A stretch of DNA of 6,709 bases from a virus (lineage: Duplodnaviria > Heunggongvirae > Uroviricota > Caudoviricetes): positions 1-6,709 of the IMG/VR virus record IMGVR_UViG_2802429221_000016, one strand, 5' to 3'. This document shows, in pieces, positions 3,222 to 6,709 of this stretch; position 1 is the first letter of the stretch; the number at the start of each line of letters is the position of its first letter. A model generated the notes under the pieces. It was not told where the DNA came from, did no database searches, and was given only the letters and a program-made list of their open reading frames with translations. Both the position numbers and the translations under genes were made by a program.

Positions 3222-4919
3222 TCAGGCGATAAGGTCACCGTATTTTTCGCGCAGGCTCGTAGCCTGTTTGGCGTCTGCGGCAAGTTCGCTGCTGTTTGTT
3301 GGTGCGCCGGTGTTGCTGTGGGTGTGGTTTGCAGTGTGTGTGGCCAGCAACTGAACCAGATCCAGAATATCAATCAACAACGTCAGCAGATTAAGTCCGG
3401 ATTTTTCCCGTGAGCCACCGCGACCAATAAATACTGTCGGGGCTGTAAACTCCAGACCGCCGTCCGCCCGGCATGTTCTGCGGCCTCCCACGTTTTCAGT
3501 AAGGTCGCGCTCAATCGTGGATGTCGCCCCTTTGAGTTTAGTCAGCAAATCCTGCGCTACCATCTGGATATGCTCACCGGCTGCGATCGCATAATGACCA
3601 GTAGTAATGTGTTCTGTCTGGCCTGTCATCAGCTTGCTGGTTCCCAGAACGCTGGTTATGTCGTTTGCCTGTACTGTTGTTGTTCTGGTTGTTGTTGTGC
3701 GTTCTTCCTGATCGCTGTTAATGGTTCGCCTGGCTGAATGCTCCCTGATTTGCTGATCGGTTTCTCTGTGCCAGCTTCCGTCAGTCGTGACGCGCTGAAA
3801 CACTTCTGCGCGCTGTTGCTGCAGCTGTTCGCCGGGCTTTACATCAGGCAGGTTATGGCCAGCGGGTAAGATTTGCCTGATGACAGGTTTATCCGGTCGT
3901 CCTTCAATGTTGGATATTTCCACGATGGTGCCAGCCGGCGGGTAGGCAAAACATCCCGCCTCACTGCCAGCCATGGGGACGGGGAGCGGTACTGCCGGGT
4001 AAACGGGCGTATCGCTTTTATCGTTGCCGTTCTCATCAAGCAACTGCACATCGACGGCGTAGCGTGGGCGGAAACTGTCGGCCACATCGCCCAGGGTGGC
4101 GGGCTCCGTTGGTGCAATGACGCGCGCCAGCCGGGTATGTAGCGTACCGCTGGCCAGTTCCGGGAACTGTGTTTCCATTTGTCTGCGTAATGGTGATTTG
4201 GAAACAGGGCTGCCCGTGGCGGTAAGGCGCTCCCATGTCAGGGTCATTTTCTCGTTGTTGAGGGCTACACGGGTAATGCGCCCGGCCGGAAGGTTCACGC
4301 CCGGTCGCACAGTTTCCATAAACATGATGTCGATGCTGTTTCCGCCGCTTTGCCCGAGTGTGTACTGTTGCGGAATATCCGGCATTGTAATACTGGCAAA
4401 TCGTGAATCAGCTGCGCTTCCCACAAATACAGAACCGTCCGGCATTGGATGCCAGACGTAATCGCTGATACTGAATGCTCGCCCCAGTTGGCTGAGCAGT
4501 TGTGCTCCGCTGCCGCTGTGGGTGATGTAGGGAGTTGGTATGCTGACGTAATCCGCATCTGGCGTGGTGAAAACGATGCCGCTTTGTTTGCCCAGATTAT
4601 CGAGTACCCCCCGCAACGTCGGGTGTTGCATGGAGCAAGGGAAATCAAAATCCAGCACAGCAGCTGCTTCACGGATAAAAAGGCGACGTGAGCCATTTTC
4701 AGCAGGTTGATCGCGCTCAATGTAGCCGGAGAAATAGCGCCATGCTTCACCGTCACGGCCGAGATCAATTTGTACCATTGCGCCGGCAAGGCTGTGTTCG
4801 GGTGACAGATTGTTAACAGAAATGAAGCCACGACCGGCAGCATTCAGGGTAAGAACAAGGTTTATATCGGCAATTTCCACCCGTTCGCCATTAATCATGC
4901 AGCGTTGTATCAATTTCAT
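3222..4919 (-). CDS. Phage baseplate hub/central spike protein (fused gp27-like N-terminal region + gp5/gpV-like OB-fold and needle), 565 aa
   Basis: Strong SD GAGGAAGGG upstream; start overlaps the upstream stop (ATGA at 4916-4919). The segment PPAGTIVEISNIEGRPDKPVIRQIL fits the OB-fold signature of phage gp5/gpV and T6SS VgrG (typical VgrG form P-R-I-G-Q-E-V-V-V-D-F-L-E-G-D-P-D-Q-P-I-I, from memory). It is followed by Thr-rich beta-strand-like repeats (TTTTRTTTV, HITTGHYAIAAGEHI) and a His-rich apex THTANHTHSNTG resembling the metal-binding tip of P2 gpV-type spikes. The N-terminal 320 aa is unassigned and the hub call is inference. Confidence 0.55.
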   Translation of the reverse strand: MKLIQRCMINGERVEIADINLVLTLNAAGRGFISVNNLSPEHSLAGAMVQIDLGRDGEAWRYFSGYIERDQPAENGSRRLFIREAAAVLDFDFPCSMQHPTLRGVLDNLGKQSGIVFTTPDADYVSIPTPYITHSGSGAQLLSQLGRAFSISDYVWHPMPDGSVFVGSAADSRFASITMPDIPQQYTLGQSGGNSIDIMFMETVRPGVNLPAGRITRVALNNEKMTLTWERLTATGSPVSKSPLRRQMETQFPELASGTLHTRLARVIAPTEPATLGDVADSFRPRYAVDVQLLDENGNDKSDTPVYPAVPLPVPMAGSEAGCFAYPPAGTIVEISNIEGRPDKPVIRQILPAGHNLPDVKPGEQLQQQRAEVFQRVTTDGSWHRETDQQIREHSARRTINSDQEERTTTTRTTTVQANDITSVLGTSKLMTGQTEHITTGHYAIAAGEHIQMVAQDLLTKLKGATSTIERDLTENVGGRRTCRADGGLEFTAPTVFIGRGGSREKSGLNLLTLLIDILDLVQLLATHTANHTHSNTGAPTNSSELAADAKQATSLREKYGDLIA

Positions 4920-5491
4920 GTTTTCCCTTCCTCTTTCACACTCCCAATGCCAACAGCATCCAGACCAGAGCCAACGGCATCATTGATTTTTTTCCAGAAC
5001 GAACTTTGCGTATTCATGCCTTTGTCTGGTGCCTGTTCGCTGCCATTCTGGGTCTGCTGTCTGGCGATGGTTTTTTGTGAACCGCTACGTGCTGATGCTT
5101 TCTCTGGCACGCTTAATTTTTCCCTGAGAGTAAAGGTGACCTGCCAGTGCATTTTTCCCTGTTGTTCCGTGGCATCAATGCCACCAGAAAATACCCCCTG
5201 TCGCATATTGATTGCCTTCGCGGTAGCGTTAGCAATGCGATATGTTTTTTTAGCACCGTTGCTTTCTGTTGCCTCCGCAAGCTGAAAAATACGGGTCAGA
5301 ATAGCTTCATCGTTAAAATCAATAACCCCCGACACGCGCAGCTCTTTAGCCTTGTTTCCCTGCTGGGCGCTCGTGGTGCTGGTTGACTGTCCGGACATAT
5401 CTTTGTCCGGTAGTTGCATGGTGGCGCTGACGGTGATGTTGCGCAGCAGAATGGCTTCCCCGTCAAGCGCAAGGACAATCATCTGGGTCAT
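4916..5491 (-). CDS. Phage structural-operon protein, 191 aa, function unknown (possibly tail/baseplate-associated)
   Basis: Long ORF in the same operon; its stop overlaps the next start in ATGA, and its start region overlaps the upstream ORF by 29 nt. No motif I can assign; the tail/baseplate guess is from position only. Confidence 0.6.
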   Translation of the reverse strand: MTQMIVLALDGEAILLRNITVSATMQLPDKDMSGQSTSTTSAQQGNKAKELRVSGVIDFNDEAILTRIFQLAEATESNGAKKTYRIANATAKAINMRQGVFSGGIDATEQQGKMHWQVTFTLREKLSVPEKASARSGSQKTIARQQTQNGSEQAPDKGMNTQSSFWKKINDAVGSGLDAVGIGSVKEEGKT

Positions 5492-6176
5492 GTAGTGCTT
5501 CCCTTAGTGATGAGAGATTATCGCCGACGAACAGCATCACAGCTGTAAAAACCCACTCGGGGTGTGGGATGTTTTTTTGTATCAGCACTGCAGCCTGGCT
5601 AAGAGCTCCCTTGTAGCAAAAGCGCCACACCGGGCAAAATTTTTGCCGGAGTGCGGCCTGCTGATCAGCGATTTCCTGTAAGGCTTTATCTCTCGCATTC
5701 ATGAACTGATGCAGCGATGATGACAATGTTTCCGGTGATGTGGCGGCAGGAGTGGCTGCCTGTGCAATGGTTGCCGCCAGCGACATGCTTCGAGTGGTCT
5801 GTGTCGACAGCATTATCGGTTCCGGAAGTGATGTTGCCGGTCTGGCGGGGATTTGCATTCTGCTGATGGCCAGTGAAAGCTGGCTGGAGATCATGCGGGA
5901 CATTCGTCCCACCTCCGGCAACGGAAATGCGCCTGAAAATTGCCTGGCGAGTGATAAAAACTCGCCAGCAGAAGGGGTGCAAAATAACAGCGCCACAATG
6001 TCTTTTTCTGTGCTTTCTTTCAGATAGGGTAAAAGTGCAGATACAGCATTTTCGGGGCTGAGATAACGCCCCGATGGTTTGATGTTTCCGGTATTTTCTG
6101 ACCATGGATGAAGGCAAACCACAGAGCATTTAATGTGCATGGCTGACGGACGCAGAATTGCCTTTTCCCATTTCAT
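5463..6176 (-). CDS. Phage structural-operon protein, 237 aa, function unknown
   Basis: Long ORF; its start overlaps the upstream stop (ATGA at 6173-6176). Ala/Thr/Ser-rich central linker. No recognisable motif. Confidence 0.6.
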   Translation of the reverse strand: MKWEKAILRPSAMHIKCSVVCLHPWSENTGNIKPSGRYLSPENAVSALLPYLKESTEKDIVALLFCTPSAGEFLSLARQFSGAFPLPEVGRMSRMISSQLSLAISRMQIPARPATSLPEPIMLSTQTTRSMSLAATIAQAATPAATSPETLSSSLHQFMNARDKALQEIADQQAALRQKFCPVWRFCYKGALSQAAVLIQKNIPHPEWVFTAVMLFVGDNLSSLREALHDPDDCPCA

Positions 6177-6709
6177 TCTGACTCTCCAGTCTGAAAAGCG
6201 CGGATGTCGGCAAGATTATTCAGGCCATCCAGCACGTCCTTCATCTGTCGCTGACGTCGATAAATTTCATCATTGCGGTTAACCTGCGCCTGCGCCATAG
6301 CTGTAGCCAGCTCCTCAAGCTCTGGCATCGACATCTTCACTTGCTGATTATCGGCATCACCCCATGTCATAACGTCCCGCGCTGTGTCGGATTTTGATGC
6401 CATTACCACCGGATAGATACGGGCCAGTGAGCTGGGGCCAGCATTCCAGCTACGACCGTTCCATTCGAACGTGAACGGCTGCGCCTCCTGTTCTGTGCGC
6501 CACACCTCGATTTCCCGCTTTTTGGCATCCTTCGCCGCGGTGATAAGTTCCGGCGTGACGGTGAACGGGGTTATTTCTCCCCATTTGCCGCTCTGTAACT
6601 CTTCCCAGATGCGCTGGCCTGTCGGGACGCTATCGTCCTGCATGGCGGTATACGGGACGAATTCCGTTTCACCTTCAAATAACACCTCGCAGTCAACCGC
6701 ACCATTTTC
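6173..6709 (-). CDS. Phage structural-operon protein, 5' end outside the window (at least 178 codons visible)
   Basis: The frame stays open from 6709 down to the stop at 6173-6175. The track's start at 6685 is a GTG with no convincing SD, so the gene probably begins upstream of the window. Acidic, coiled C-terminal part. Not assignable. Confidence 0.55.
   Translation of the reverse strand, partial: ENGAVDCEVLFEGETEFVPYTAMQDDSVPTGQRIWEELQSGKWGEITPFTVTPELITAAKDAKKREIEVWRTEQEAQPFTFEWNGRSWNAGPSSLARIYPVVMASKSDTARDVMTWGDADNQQVKMSMPELEELATAMAQAQVNRNDEIYRRQRQMKDVLDGLNNLADIRAFQTGESE

Larger units (their letters stand above)
1119..6709. mobile_element. Left portion of an integrated phage-like element / genomic island (continues beyond the window)
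   Basis: Host synteny (flk, pdxB start) breaks at about 1118/1119. To the right are an AT-rich moron, a hok-type toxin locus and the end of an operon of phage structural-type genes with ATGA start/stop overlaps. No integrase is in the window, so the element type and its right boundary are unknown. Confidence 0.5.

Noticed and set aside
3839-4843. Six overlapping ORFs (66-182 aa) on both strands inside the 565-aa gene
   Set aside because: All are nested within or antisense to the long ORF, which has the strong RBS and translational coupling. They are expected alternative-frame ORFs in GC-rich coding DNA.
3222-4919. Type VI secretion VgrG
   Set aside because: The OB-fold motif is shared with VgrG, but the N-terminus does not resemble T6SS VgrG as I recall it, the protein is shorter, and the neighbours are translationally coupled phage-type ORFs rather than hcp/PAAR/effector genes.
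4905-6129. Plus-strand and nested minus-strand ORFs (60-147 aa) across the 191-aa and 237-aa genes
   Set aside because: Same reasoning: they are nested or antisense to the coupled operon ORFs and have no independent support.
6173-6709. Lambda-type tail fibre assembly protein (Tfa) for the partial upstream ORF
   Set aside because: The conserved Tfa C-terminal motif as I recall it (...WKKYRVLLNRVD...) is not present; left as unknown.

Overview
This window appears to cover one edge of an integrated phage-like element in an enterobacterial chromosome. Nothing was searched against databases; all identifications are from reading the sequence and from memory of protein families. Left flank: a complete flk-like gene (minus strand, 1-996) and, divergent from it, what looks like only the first 7 codons of pdxB (1096-1116), after which the sequence becomes visibly AT-rich foreign DNA (junction about 1118/1119). 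Inside the element, left to right: a 10-bp palindrome and a terminator-like hairpin; an AT-rich moron-like gene for a 246-aa zinc-ribbon / single-TM / C-terminal-domain protein with its own RBS and a bidirectional terminator; a Hok-family type I toxin gene (47 codons, minus strand, 2250-2393) that the ORF track missed because it is short, with an overlapping mok-like frame; a compact sRNA-like unit (near-consensus promoter, about 65 nt, UUCG-tetraloop terminator, 2581-2681); about 0.5 kb of repeat-rich non-coding DNA; then the distal end of a translationally coupled minus-strand operon of phage structural-type genes ending in a 565-aa baseplate hub/spike-like protein. I found no tRNA, rRNA, CRISPR array or IS element. 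The most interesting part is the cargo block between the att-proximal junction and the end of the tail operon (moron + hok locus + sRNA + repeat arrays).
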